Below are positions 30,813 through 40,712 of a stretch of 64,000 nucleotides of DNA, piece after piece. Source of the DNA: Gemmatimonas sp. (GTDB lineage Bacteria; Gemmatimonadota; Gemmatimonadetes; Gemmatimonadales; Gemmatimonadaceae); NCBI GenBank assembly GCA_965279375.1, contig OZ257156.1, positions 640,001 to 704,000 of the forward strand, read 5' to 3'. The notes beneath the pieces are model-generated. The model saw nothing but the letters and a program-made list of their open reading frames with translations. It had not been told where the DNA came from and did not search any database. Made by a program: the position numbers and the translations under genes. Position 1 is the stretch's first letter, and each line of letters starts with the position of its first letter.

Positions 30813-31841
30813 TCAGCCGTTCCGTCGCTCCGTGAGCGAATGTCGATGCCCGTCCCACCGCCAGTGATGCGCTGTCGTCAGATGCACACCACCAATCCAG
30901 CGATCGAGTCCGTTGAGCGCGATCGCATCGGCGCGAGCACGCACGACGTCGTGCCCGACCGCTGTCAGCACCACGCTGCGCTCCCAGAATCCCTTGCCGG
31001 ACTTTGACGGCGCGAGCACCTGGGTGCCGTTTGCATGCGTGATGAGAGGATGCGTGCACTCGCTCAGACGCTGCACGTACCAGGCAAAGCTGCTGTCGCC
31101 CAGCCATGCCCACGACTCGCTCGCCGCATGCGCCGCATGGAAGAGCTTCGACAGCACCATCTCGCCCGGCGCGAGCGCTTCGCACAGCTGCTGCTCGCTG
31201 CGGCTGAGTCCCTGCTCCACGCTCGGATACTCTTCGAGCTGGCGACGCAACGCCGCGGCCAGATACGGCAACCGCACCTGCGGGTCCGCATCGTACGTGC
31301 GCGCTGGCGCATGCCGATCGAGCGCGGTCGCCACATCCAGCAACCGCGCCGGCGATTCCGCGGTGAAGGCGCGCCACACATCGGCGGCCTGGGCAACATC
31401 CGATGCCTTGATGCCGCGCCGCGCTTCGAAGAGCGGCCGAAAATGCTCCGGCTTCATCGGGCCCAGGAAGCAGTCGGCCGGCACGATGGTGAGCGTCGGG
31501 CTGTGGTCGGCCGGCAGATCGGCGAAGCGTGCGAGGATCTGGCAGAGCTGGAGCTGATCGTAGAGGTCAGGCTCGAACCAGAGCACCACTTCGTCTCCGG
31601 CCGAGAGTCCAGCCAGACGCGCGTCGCGTGCCGCGAAGTCCTCGACGATCAGGGAGGCTTGCGGCGCACCGCGTGACTCGAGAAACGCCGCTCGCGTGGC
31701 ACGGAACGAGGACAGATCGCGATCGGAGGGGACCGGTCCGTCATGCAGCACGTCGCGCCATGAAAGGACATCGCCGCGCAACCCGGACCGGGCAAGGCCG
31801 GCGGCGGCCATATCGCCGTTCGTGACGTGGAGAAAGAGCAT
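30813..31841 (-). CDS. DUF1835-like protein
   Basis: LHVTNGD, WRDVLHDGPV, LWFEPDLYDQLQL, GLSRSE and DRWIGGVHL motifs. Confidence 0.8.
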   Translation of the reverse strand: MLFLHVTNGDMAAAGLARSGLRGDVLSWRDVLHDGPVPSDRDLSSFRATRAAFLESRGAPQASLIVEDFAARDARLAGLSAGDEVVLWFEPDLYDQLQLCQILARFADLPADHSPTLTIVPADCFLGPMKPEHFRPLFEARRGIKASDVAQAADVWRAFTAESPARLLDVATALDRHAPARTYDADPQVRLPYLAAALRRQLEEYPSVEQGLSRSEQQLCEALAPGEMVLSKLFHAAHAASESWAWLGDSSFAWYVQRLSECTHPLITHANGTQVLAPSKSGKGFWERSVVLTAVGHDVVRARADAIALNGLDRWIGGVHLTTAHHWRWDGHRHSLTERRNG

Positions 31842-31969
31842 TCGATGACGTCGGGAGGATAGTGGCGGGACCGTACCGGCTGACGCCTGCGCGCGGCGTG
31901 CGTATGTTGCGTAGTCGCTGGCGCGTTCGCCAGTCGTCCCGCGCTTCACTACTCCTCGTGCCAACACGA

Positions 31970-33166
31970 ATGTCCCAGTCCAGCGCCAGTGGCCATCGCA
32001 GCGACGCCTCCGTCGTGCTCGACACGGTGGTGATCGAGTCCGTCGTCGACCCCGAAACACTCGACGAACTCGATCCCGAACCGCTGCTCGACACCAAGCT
32101 CTCGCTCTGGGCCGTGGTCTTCGCCGGTGGCATCGGCACCCGGTTCTGGCCGCTCAGTACGCCAGAGCGCCCCAAGCAGGTGTTGGCGCTGGTGAATGAA
32201 CGCCCGCTCATCGCGGACACGATCGCACGCCTGGCGCCGCTGGTGCCCGCTGAACGTGTGCTGGTGGTCACGAGCGCGGACATCGCCGACGCGCTGCACG
32301 AAGCGATCCCGGAAATTCCGCGTGCGAATCTGCTGATCGAGCCGCGCCCGCTGGGCACCGCCGCCGCGTTGGCGTGGGGGGCACAGGAAGTGGCCAAGCG
32401 CGCCGGGCCGGATACGGTGTTCTGCGCGCTGCATGCCGACCTCGCCGCGTCCAACCCGGCCGGATTTCGGGAGACGGTGCGTCGGGCCGCGCAGATCGCT
32501 GCGACCGAAGATCTGCTCGTCACCATCGGTGCGCGACCGACGCGCTGCGAAACGGGGTTTGGCTATCTGCAGGCCGGCGCGCCGATCGATCCGTTCGTTG
32601 GACGTGCCGACGGTGGCGCCTGTCGTGTTGAGCATTTCGTCGAGAAGCCGACCGCAGCGCTGGCCGACATGCTGATCGATAAGGGAGCGCTCTGGAACAC
32701 GGGCATCTTCATCTGGCGCGCCAGTGTCGTACTGAAGGAGATCGAGTCGAACGTCGCCGAAATCAGCATGGGCTTGCCGCTCCTCGCGGCCGGCGATGCA
32801 CCCACGTTCGCGTCGATGGTCACCTCGATTTCGATCGAGCGCGGCCTGCTCGAGCGCAGCGACAGTGTCGTCGTCGTGCAGGGCGACTTCGGCTGGGATG
32901 ATGTGGGCACGTGGGCCTCATTGCGGCGCGTGCGCGAACTCGACGACACCGGCAATGGCACCATGGGCGACGTGCATTGCATCGACGCCTCGGGCAATGT
33001 GGTGCACGCCGATGGCAGTTGCGTCGTCGCCTACGGCGTTTCGGGGATGCTCGTCGTGTCCATTCGCGGTCTGACGTTCGTGACCACCTTGGAGCGCGCC
33101 ACGGAGCTTGGTCCGCTCCTCAACGCGCTCCCAGGTTCGCTGCGATTCAATCCGGGCGGTCACTAG
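31970..33166 (+). CDS. manC: Mannose-1-phosphate guanylyltransferase
   Basis: AGGIGTRFWPLS...PKQ, ETGFGYL, FVEKP, WNTGIF and WDDVGTW motifs. Start uncertain. Confidence 0.88.
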   Translation: MSQSSASGHRSDASVVLDTVVIESVVDPETLDELDPEPLLDTKLSLWAVVFAGGIGTRFWPLSTPERPKQVLALVNERPLIADTIARLAPLVPAERVLVVTSADIADALHEAIPEIPRANLLIEPRPLGTAAALAWGAQEVAKRAGPDTVFCALHADLAASNPAGFRETVRRAAQIAATEDLLVTIGARPTRCETGFGYLQAGAPIDPFVGRADGGACRVEHFVEKPTAALADMLIDKGALWNTGIFIWRASVVLKEIESNVAEISMGLPLLAAGDAPTFASMVTSISIERGLLERSDSVVVVQGDFGWDDVGTWASLRRVRELDDTGNGTMGDVHCIDASGNVVHADGSCVVAYGVSGMLVVSIRGLTFVTTLERATELGPLLNALPGSLRFNPGGH

Positions 33167-33347
33167 CGCGCGTTCGGCGTCGGGTTCACCGCAGGGGGCA
33201 GGCGATCCCGCTCGCCCGGCAAGCGTGTGGCGAAGCGCTGCGCCTCACCCAGCCGTTCGACCTCGAGCGCGGGCGCTGCAACCATGTGCCCCACCCGTGC
33301 ATCGCCCACACAAGCTGACGGCGCCGGCGACCATCCGATCCGGCGAT

Positions 33348-33818
33348 CTAGTGATCGTAGCTGACGGCGCGGGAGACTTGCCAGCCATTGGCCGTGCGTC
33401 GCCAGACGTGGGTGAACTTGAATGTGCCACACTCCTGGCGCCCGTTCTCGCGATGACAGAATTGGTGGACGCCAACTTCGATCGCCCCATAGTCACGGAC
33501 CGGATAGACCTCGATTGGGCCCACGAGCGTGCGGCGAATGTCGGGGCTTTGCGTGAAGGTGCTGGTGAGGCCGGCCATCGCCTGTGCCCACGTCAGCAAA
33601 CCGCCCGTGTCGTGGTAGAACTCGAGATCGGGCGCGAAGAAGCGACCGAGTTGGTCGCCATCATGCGCGTTGTACGCCGCGAACATCGTGGAATCCGCGC
33701 GCTCGATTTCCTGTCGCAAGGAGGCCGTCGTCGGCTTCGATGGTTGTGCGGCGAGTGTCGACGCGAACGCGAAGGTCGCGAGGAAGCCGAGCGTGGCGAG
33801 ACATGGGGGACGCAGCAT
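33348..33818 (-). CDS. Secreted NTF2-like (DUF4440) protein
   Basis: Signal peptide, DSTMFAAYN, LEFYHDTGG, FTHVW...WQVSRAVSYDH. Confidence 0.85.
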   Translation of the reverse strand: MLRPPCLATLGFLATFAFASTLAAQPSKPTTASLRQEIERADSTMFAAYNAHDGDQLGRFFAPDLEFYHDTGGLLTWAQAMAGLTSTFTQSPDIRRTLVGPIEVYPVRDYGAIEVGVHQFCHRENGRQECGTFKFTHVWRRTANGWQVSRAVSYDH

Positions 33819-33927
33819 GGACTGGGGCGTGGGCAAGAGTGCGGAGGGACCGGGCGTGGTGGTCCGTACGGCGCTCGCCCTGCATCGGTTCCGGGCCCGC
33901 CGCGGCCAGTCTGGCGCCGCACGCGCG

Positions 33928-34038
33928 CTCTAACCATGCGTTGCGGCTGACAGCGGAATCTAGAAGTGCCGCTCTTGCTCCCTGCGGTCGCTGGGCGCAT
34001 CCTTTGGAAGGCCCTGCAGCAGGCCGCAAGCGTTATGC
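33928..34038 (+). mobile_element. Degenerate integron attC site
   Basis: CTCTAAC-catgc-GTTGCGGC-TGAC ... GCAGCAGGC-cgcaagc-GTTATGC: R''/L''...L'/R' layout, 111 bp, immediately before a compact gene. Confidence 0.6.
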
Positions 34039-34065
34039 AACACCATGCATTGAATCGGAGGCAGC

Positions 34066-34530
34066 ATGGCGCTGGAAACGAGTCCCGTCGCGCGTGCGCA
34101 GATGCTCATTCGACGACCGGTTGCGGATGTGTTCGCGGCCTTCATCGAGCCGTCCATCACGAGTCACTTTTGGTTCACGCGCGGGAGTGCGCCCCTCACG
34201 ACCGGTGCGACCGTGACGTGGTACTGGGACATGTATGGCGTCTCCGCGTCGGTCGCTGTGAAGGACGTCGTACCCAACCACCGTATCGCGATCGAATGGC
34301 CGACGCCTGTCGAATGGCAGTTCGAGGCGACCGGGGCGGACCAGACGCTCGTGACGATTACGGCGTCGGGATTTGTCGGCCCCGACGACGCACGCGTCGC
34401 GCACGCCATCGACGCGATGGGTGGATTCAGCCTGACGCTGGCCGGCTGCAAAGCCTGGCTGGAGCACGGGATCGAGCTCAACCTGGTCGCCGATCACCAT
34501 CCGGCCGCTCACGTCCAGCGCGACGCCTGA
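34066..34530 (+). CDS. SRPBCC/AHSA1 family protein (probable gene cassette)
   Basis: MLIRRPVADVFAAFIEPSITSHFWFT...KAWLEHGIELNLV. SD GGAGG upstream. Confidence 0.88.
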   Translation: MALETSPVARAQMLIRRPVADVFAAFIEPSITSHFWFTRGSAPLTTGATVTWYWDMYGVSASVAVKDVVPNHRIAIEWPTPVEWQFEATGADQTLVTITASGFVGPDDARVAHAIDAMGGFSLTLAGCKAWLEHGIELNLVADHHPAAHVQRDA

Positions 34531-34591
34531 GTTCGAAGGCGCTGACTTCCGAGGGTGTAACCGGCACGCAGCTGCGGCCGTAGGCCACACT

Positions 34592-35734
34592 ATGCCTGCT
34601 CTCCGTGGGATGCTCGTCTCGACACTCGCGATCGGCGCCGGAATGGCGTGTGCGCCACGGCGCGCGGCGCAGACCGCTCCCGCGGTCAACCGCGACGATG
34701 CCGTGGCGGCCCAAGCGTTGTTCGCGCGGTTTGAAGCACTCCGCGACACGCTGCGCATTCCCGGTCTTGCCGCCGTCGTGCTACGGGATACGACGGTCGT
34801 TTTGGCGCGCGGATTTGGATTGGCGAACGTGGAGCGCGCGATTCCGGTCACACCGGAAACCCCGTTCAACATCGCGTCGGTCACGAAGCCGATCTCCGCA
34901 GTCGTCGCCCTGCGCCTCGTGCAGGACGGGCGCCTCGACCTCAAACGGCCCATGCGCAGCTATCGCGACTTCGTCGAGTTCTGCACGGCTGCGCGCGAGG
35001 ATGGCGGCATCTTCTTTGGCGACTACGCGTGCGGCGACGACCAACTCACGCTGCGGCACGTGCTGTCCATGACGGCGAATGGCCCACCGGGGAGCCGCTT
35101 CTGGTACAACCCGCCGTCCTATTCGTGGGCGTCGCGTCCGATGGCCGAGGTCTCCGGCCATGCGTTCTCCGACTTGGTCGACTCGCTCGTGTTGCGTCCG
35201 GCCGGTATGCGTCACGCCGCCCGCCAGCATCGACGGCTCCCGCTTCCTCCCGATATCGCGGCGTCGTTGGCGACCCCCTATCACGTGGATTCCGCTGGCC
35301 GGCTGCAGCAGTCCGCCCCGCCGCCGCCACAAGGGGATGGGGCGGCCGGCGGGGTGATCGCCAGCGCGATGGACCTCGCCCGCTTTGATATCGCACTCGC
35401 GCGCGGCGAGTTGCTCACGCCGGCTTCCCGAGCGGCGATGTGGACGTCGGCCCGTACGGCCGACGGCCGTGAGCTTCCCTACGGACTGGGGTGGTTTCTC
35501 GCGAGCGTCGGGGGCCGCCGCCTCGCGTGGCACACCGGGCTCTGGGACGGCCAGTACTCGGCGCTCTATCTCAAAGTGTTGGGCGACACGCCCGCTGAAC
35601 GGCTCACGCTGGTGCTGCTGGCGAACAGTGAAGCGCTGCGGTGGCCGACGCGCCTGGATGAAGCGGCCATCGAACGATCCGCCTTCGCCACCGCGTTCCT
35701 GGCCGCCTTCCCCACACGCGGGCGCGCACCCTGA
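34592..35734 (+). CDS. Serine hydrolase, beta-lactamase/class C-like lipoprotein
   Basis: SVTK (SxxK), YNPPSY, HTG motif, lipobox GMAC. Confidence 0.88.
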   Translation: MPALRGMLVSTLAIGAGMACAPRRAAQTAPAVNRDDAVAAQALFARFEALRDTLRIPGLAAVVLRDTTVVLARGFGLANVERAIPVTPETPFNIASVTKPISAVVALRLVQDGRLDLKRPMRSYRDFVEFCTAAREDGGIFFGDYACGDDQLTLRHVLSMTANGPPGSRFWYNPPSYSWASRPMAEVSGHAFSDLVDSLVLRPAGMRHAARQHRRLPLPPDIAASLATPYHVDSAGRLQQSAPPPPQGDGAAGGVIASAMDLARFDIALARGELLTPASRAAMWTSARTADGRELPYGLGWFLASVGGRRLAWHTGLWDGQYSALYLKVLGDTPAERLTLVLLANSEALRWPTRLDEAAIERSAFATAFLAAFPTRGRAP

Positions 35735-35756
35735 CCGACCAGCATCCTGCTGCGTC

Positions 35757-35776
35757 GTCTAACTGTGCGTCGCAGC
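35757..35776 (+). mobile_element. attC left half-site remnant
   Basis: GTCTAAC (RYYYAAC)-tgtgc-GTCGCAGC, 22 nt after a stop codon. No matching right half found. Confidence 0.4.
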
Positions 35777-35903
35777 GTGCACAACAGCCAACCATGCGTG
35801 CTTGCACGCTGACGAAGCCACTCGAGGCGCGGTCGCGAATGATCTGTGTGCTCGCCACACCGCGCCTTCTTCACGTACCACCTCACTCAACAGAGTAACG
35901 TCG

Positions 35904-37322
35904 ATGCGATGCTTGACGCTGTTCGTGGCGGTCAGCTTGACCGCTGGCGCCCTCCACGCGCAGCAAACGTCGGAGCCCCCGCTGCGCGAGTACGTCGGCA
36001 CGTACACGTACGGCCCCGGGCGCTCGTTGGAGATTGTGGCGGGCGATGTGCTGTTCGCCGTGCTCGATGACGCGAAGTACAAACTGCGTCGCGTTGGCGG
36101 TGACACGTTCGTGAACGGCGTCGGCGACACCATCCCGTTTCGCCGTAACGCCAAGGGGGTGGTGACGGGATTTGAGGAGCGTGGCGCGCGCCATGCGCGC
36201 ATCAGTCCACGGGTTCGCGCGCAGTCGGCTGCGCTGGCGTGGCCTCGTAGGGTGCAGGTGGGTGCCGCCACACCCTATCACTATCGCGCACCAGCGCGGC
36301 GCGCGGATGGCATCGCGGTGGGCGACATCGCGGCCTCCGATCTCGACTCGACCACGGCCGCACGGATCGTGAACGGTGTGCTGGATGGCACGTATGCGGA
36401 CGTCCACGGCGTCCTCCTCTTTCAGCGCGGCGCGCTCGTCCTCGAGGAGTACTTCTACGGCTACGACGCGACGCGCACGCACCAATTGCGCTCAGCGACC
36501 AAGTCCTTCGTGAGCGCGCTCGCAGGCATCGCGGTGGATCGTGGCGCCGTCGCGAATGCGGAGGTGCCCGTACTCGCGGCCATGCCGTATGCGCAGTACA
36601 CGCACCCGGATCCGCGAAAGGCAGCGATGACCCTTGGTCAGCTACTGAGTATGCGCTCCGGCCTCGCGTGCAATGACTACGATGGGACGTCCCCGGGACG
36701 CGAAACGGAGATCTATACGACGCCGGACTGGGTGAAGGCCACGTTGGATCTCCCGATGGCGACCGATCCCGGGCAGGTGGCGCACTACTGCTCTGGAGGG
36801 GTTGCTGTCGTGGGACGCATGGTGGAACGCGCCGTCCACCGTCCGCTGCCCGCCTTCGCCCAGCAGTACCTCTTCGCGCCGCTCGGTATTCCGCGCACGC
36901 ATTGGTCGTGGAACTACACGCTGACGAACACCAACACCGAGTTTTCGCAGCTGCATGTGCGTCCCCGCGACTTGCTCAAGTTCGGGCTGTTGTTCGCCAA
37001 CGGTGGTACGTGGCACGGCACACGTATCATTTCCGAGGAATGGGTGCGTGCCTCACTCGCCGAGCAGACCCAACTCGACGGAACAGGCTACGGCTACTTC
37101 TGGTGGCGTCCGTACTTGAATGTCAGCACGCCGCAGGGCGTACAGCGCGTGTACGTGAATGCCGCGCAAGGCAACGGCGGGCAGAAGATCTACATCATCC
37201 CCGCGCTCGATCTGGTGGCCGTATTTCTCGGCGGCGACTACAACTCCGGTGGATCTCCGCCGAACAAGATCATGGCTGGCGTCATTCTGCCCCGGCTGCT
37301 CGAGACCCGTCGCGCGCACTGA
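35904..37322 (+). CDS. Secreted serine hydrolase (beta-lactamase / 6-aminohexanoate-dimer hydrolase-like)
   Basis: RSATKS (SxxK), LLSMRSGL, YCSG, YGYFWW and GNGGQ motifs. Signal peptide. Confidence 0.88.
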   Translation: MRCLTLFVAVSLTAGALHAQQTSEPPLREYVGTYTYGPGRSLEIVAGDVLFAVLDDAKYKLRRVGGDTFVNGVGDTIPFRRNAKGVVTGFEERGARHARISPRVRAQSAALAWPRRVQVGAATPYHYRAPARRADGIAVGDIAASDLDSTTAARIVNGVLDGTYADVHGVLLFQRGALVLEEYFYGYDATRTHQLRSATKSFVSALAGIAVDRGAVANAEVPVLAAMPYAQYTHPDPRKAAMTLGQLLSMRSGLACNDYDGTSPGRETEIYTTPDWVKATLDLPMATDPGQVAHYCSGGVAVVGRMVERAVHRPLPAFAQQYLFAPLGIPRTHWSWNYTLTNTNTEFSQLHVRPRDLLKFGLLFANGGTWHGTRIISEEWVRASLAEQTQLDGTGYGYFWWRPYLNVSTPQGVQRVYVNAAQGNGGQKIYIIPALDLVAVFLGGDYNSGGSPPNKIMAGVILPRLLETRRAH

Positions 37323-37483
37323 CACGACGCGCACACCATCCACACCGGCGCGCCTCATGGCCTGTGTGTTCTGCGACAGTATCGATCTAGAAGTACCTGA
37401 CAGGGGCGCCGCCAAACCCGCGCTTCGCGCGCACATCGGTCGGACGCCCCCGCAAGTGCGTTACCGCGTTAAACGAGAGCGGA

Positions 37484-38974
37484 TCAGGCGCGCGCCCGAT
37501 TGCGACGCGCTATAGCCACCAGCGCCAACAAGCCGCCGGCAACCAACACGACACTCTCAGGCTCGGGCGTCACCACCGGCACATAGCCGTTGATGTCGGC
37601 CGTGTACGCCTGGAGCACGCCGGGGATCATGGCGTAGTCCGACGTCAGCGACATCGCACTGGCGTCGAAGGTGCTGAAGCAGCCCGCGGTCATGCCAATC
37701 GGGCACTGGATCGACGTTGCATACGGATCGGTATCCGTGAAGCGCACGTACACGTCGAACTGCGTGCCGGCGCCGTTCTGCGTCACGCTGAAGTCGTTGT
37801 CGGTGCCCATGAGCATCATGTACGAACCGTTCGCCAGCTGCGGCCCAATGGCAAAGCCTTCCATCTTTTCCGGCGCACGATTCCCAAGCGCGGCAAGCGA
37901 GTTCGCGTCGAGGTCGATCAGCTTGCCGCTCTTGTTCGCGGCCAGATAGCCTGACGGCAGGTTGCCAGTGGCCGGCAGGTTGATGCCCGAGACATCGGTG
38001 GCGTTGCTCAGGTCGATCTGGAAAATGTTCTTGTCCGGCGAGCCGAGCGTCGCACCGGCGCCGATGCCGCGATTGTTGCGCTCGAGCACGAGGAATTTGT
38101 CGTTGCCCAGCGCGACGAGCGCGGAGATGCCGCGGCCCTGCCCGATGCTTTCCAGCTTGTAGGCATACTGCGCGACTGCCTTACCGGTGGCGATTTCATA
38201 CTTCACGATGCGCGTGTAAATGCCGCGCGTCCCGGCGCCGGTGTTCGGATCGATCGTGTAGCCATCGTTGCGGGTGCCGTTCTGCAGCATCGCGTAGGCG
38301 TACTGGCCGTCGGGGCTGATGGCGAGTCCTTCATAGCCACGATTGGGTTCGCGACCAGCGATCAGCGTCGGGTCGCCTGGAGCGGCGGGCACTGGCAACG
38401 CGGTGTAGTTCTGTCCAGCGCTGGTCTGCGGCACGAGGTTAGCCGGTACTTCGAAACGGCGCAGCATGTTGCCGCTGCGATCGAACTCGAGCAGCGATGG
38501 ACCGTACTCGTCGGAGATCAGGAAGTGGCCGGTGCGCGGATCGACGACGAGTCCTTCCGGGTCGAACGAACTGCCCAGCACCCCCGCGCCCACATTCGGC
38601 GACACGCCCGGGGCGAGGCCGTTGAGCGGCACGCCGTTGGACTTGAGCAGCACCGTCTGCAACACCTGGAAGTTGCTGATCGCGCCCGTCGTGCCATCGA
38701 CGGTCAGCGAGAAGCGGCTCAGGCGCGTGTCGTATGACAGCACGCCGCCGCCGGGCCCACGATCGGCGATGCCCCACCACTCGTTGGCGTTGCGATCGTA
38801 ATAGAGATCCGAGAACATGCCGAGCCGGCTGAACGACTGCCCCGTGCCGTCGAGCGTCGTGGCGGGCACCGCGATGCCGTTGCGATACGTGATGTTGCTC
38901 AACGTCTGCGCAGACAGCGGCGCCGCGAGCGTGAGTGCGAACGACATCGCGAGCGATGTGCGGTGGAGCGTCAT
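37484..38974 (-). CDS. Esterase-like phytase family protein with PEP-CTERM sorting signal
   Basis: DRGP, DPEG, SDEYGP, NRGYEG, EKMEG and DNDF motifs. C-terminal TPEPES + TM + RRNRAR. Confidence 0.88.
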   Translation of the reverse strand: MTLHRTSLAMSFALTLAAPLSAQTLSNITYRNGIAVPATTLDGTGQSFSRLGMFSDLYYDRNANEWWGIADRGPGGGVLSYDTRLSRFSLTVDGTTGAISNFQVLQTVLLKSNGVPLNGLAPGVSPNVGAGVLGSSFDPEGLVVDPRTGHFLISDEYGPSLLEFDRSGNMLRRFEVPANLVPQTSAGQNYTALPVPAAPGDPTLIAGREPNRGYEGLAISPDGQYAYAMLQNGTRNDGYTIDPNTGAGTRGIYTRIVKYEIATGKAVAQYAYKLESIGQGRGISALVALGNDKFLVLERNNRGIGAGATLGSPDKNIFQIDLSNATDVSGINLPATGNLPSGYLAANKSGKLIDLDANSLAALGNRAPEKMEGFAIGPQLANGSYMMLMGTDNDFSVTQNGAGTQFDVYVRFTDTDPYATSIQCPIGMTAGCFSTFDASAMSLTSDYAMIPGVLQAYTADINGYVPVVTPEPESVVLVAGGLLALVAIARRNRARA

Positions 38975-39160
38975 CGGATCCTCTACGGTACGCGAAGATT
39001 TCTGTTGGTCTTCGGCTGTTTGCCGACGGGTCCAATTGAAGTCGCATACCAGAATCCGACGAGAGCGTGTAGCCGTCTGTGAACCAACCGAAACGTCGCC
39101 GTGACATTCGCGGCGAGCCCGGGCAGACGGAGACCGGCCGTTAGTCTCCCTTAATCGCTG

Positions 39161-39955
39161 CTAGTCTCCGCGAAACACCGGCGCGCGCTTCTCGCGGAAC
39201 GCTGCCATCGCTTCGCGTACGTCCGCGCTCGCGAAGCAGCTCTTGATCTGCGTCAGCTCGTCGCGCAGTTGCGTATCGAGTGACGCGCTCGCGCTCGACA
39301 GCATCAGCCGCTTCGTCAGCGCCAGCGCGATCGGCGGGCCCGCGGCAAGTCGTGCGGCATACGCCTCCACATCGGCGCCAAACGATTCGTCGGCGAGCAC
39401 CGCCGTCGCCAACCCGAGGCGCTCTGCCTCCTCCGACGCGATGTCACGACCGGTGAGCACGATGTCCATGGCACGCGCGTGGCCCACCAGCCGCGGCAGA
39501 AACCAGGTGACGCCCGCATCCGGCGACAGCCCACGTCGCACGTAGCCGGCGGTGCAGCGCGCGCCCGCGCTGATGAGCCGAAGATCACACGCCAGCGCCA
39601 GCCCAAACCCCGCCCCCGCCGCGGCCCCGTTCACCGCAGCGATCACCGGTTTGTCGCACTGCGTGATGGCCTGCACCCAGCGGCCCACCCAGCGGTACGG
39701 GTCGAGGCGCTCGTCGCGCGATCCGGCCGCAGGATCGGTCGCTTCCGCGAGGTCGAGCCCGGCGCAGAAGCCGCGCCCTGCCCCGGTGATCACCACCACA
39801 CGCACCGCGTCGTCGCGCGACGCCGCCTGCACCGCCACCGGCAGTTCGTCGGCGAGCCGCGGATTCACCGCGTTCAGGCGTTCCGGACGGTTGAGCGTGA
39901 TGCGTCGGACACCCTCCGCCGACGTGTCGATCAACAGATGGGCGAACTCGGTCAT
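39161..39955 (-). CDS. Enoyl-CoA hydratase/isomerase family protein
   Basis: LNRPERLNA, GRGFCAGLDL, AVNGAAAGAG, GLSPDAG and AFREKRAP motifs. Confidence 0.92.
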   Translation of the reverse strand: MTEFAHLLIDTSAEGVRRITLNRPERLNAVNPRLADELPVAVQAASRDDAVRVVVITGAGRGFCAGLDLAEATDPAAGSRDERLDPYRWVGRWVQAITQCDKPVIAAVNGAAAGAGFGLALACDLRLISAGARCTAGYVRRGLSPDAGVTWFLPRLVGHARAMDIVLTGRDIASEEAERLGLATAVLADESFGADVEAYAARLAAGPPIALALTKRLMLSSASASLDTQLRDELTQIKSCFASADVREAMAAFREKRAPVFRGD

Positions 39956-40210
39956 GACTTCCCCGGAAGGCGTTTCGGCGCGGTGGAGTACCACGCGGCC
40001 CTTGGACTGGACCCGACAACGGTGCGCTGCCGCCCCAATGTTGTCCACGTGTTCTCCACCGGACTGGTGCGCACTCACGAATGGCGACCACTACCGCCCG
40101 GACGGGTGCTCCCGCTAGATCATTCACACGAGCCGCAGCACCGCGTCTTCCCGCGGTGTTTCAATCGTCCTCCGCCAGCACCGTCTGGCGCCTTTCCAGT
40201 TCTCCGCATC

Positions 40211-40699
40211 ATGCCATCAACACGCACCGCCGCGAACGCGAAGATCATGGACGACGCGCACGCGATGGATGTCCTCACCCCGCTGTCGTGCGCTGACGCG
40301 CTCGGCCGCACCGCCGCCGAAACCTGTCGCCAGCACGAGCGCCTCGCGCGCCTGATGTCGCTGGGCGTGGCACAGTCGGAGCTGGAAGCCGCGCACGCTC
40401 TGGTGGACACCTGCGATCTCGCGCTCGCCGAATGCGTGCGTGACTTCGAGAAGGTCTGCGCCAAGGCCCCGTCTGCCGATGACGCCGACCTGCGCCAGAA
40501 GGCCAACGCGCTCTGGCTTTCGGCGCGCGAGTATCTGCGTCGTCACTCCATCGCGGAGAAGGCTTCGCGCCAGCTCACGCAGCACGGCTCGGAAAAGCTG
40601 AACGACCTGCACTTCGAGTACGAGCTCGTCGCTTCGGCGATCCTGGGCCTCAAGCACGCCACCACCGCGTTCGCCAAGGGCCGCCCGCAAGCGCAATAG
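40211..40699 (+). CDS. Hypothetical alpha-helical protein
   Basis: 162 aa with host-like codon usage; helical-bundle-like sequence. Confidence 0.7.
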   Translation: MPSTRTAANAKIMDDAHAMDVLTPLSCADALGRTAAETCRQHERLARLMSLGVAQSELEAAHALVDTCDLALAECVRDFEKVCAKAPSADDADLRQKANALWLSAREYLRRHSIAEKASRQLTQHGSEKLNDLHFEYELVASAILGLKHATTAFAKGRPQAQ

Positions 40700-40712
40700 T
40701 TGTCGCGCTGCC

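Noticed and set aside
33163..33347. Possible small minus-strand ORF between manC and the NTF2 gene
   Set aside because: No recognisable motif or RBS; overlaps neighbours.
34592..37322. Calling the two SxxK proteins true beta-lactamases
   Set aside because: The motifs only support the broad serine-hydrolase fold; substrate cannot be determined from sequence.
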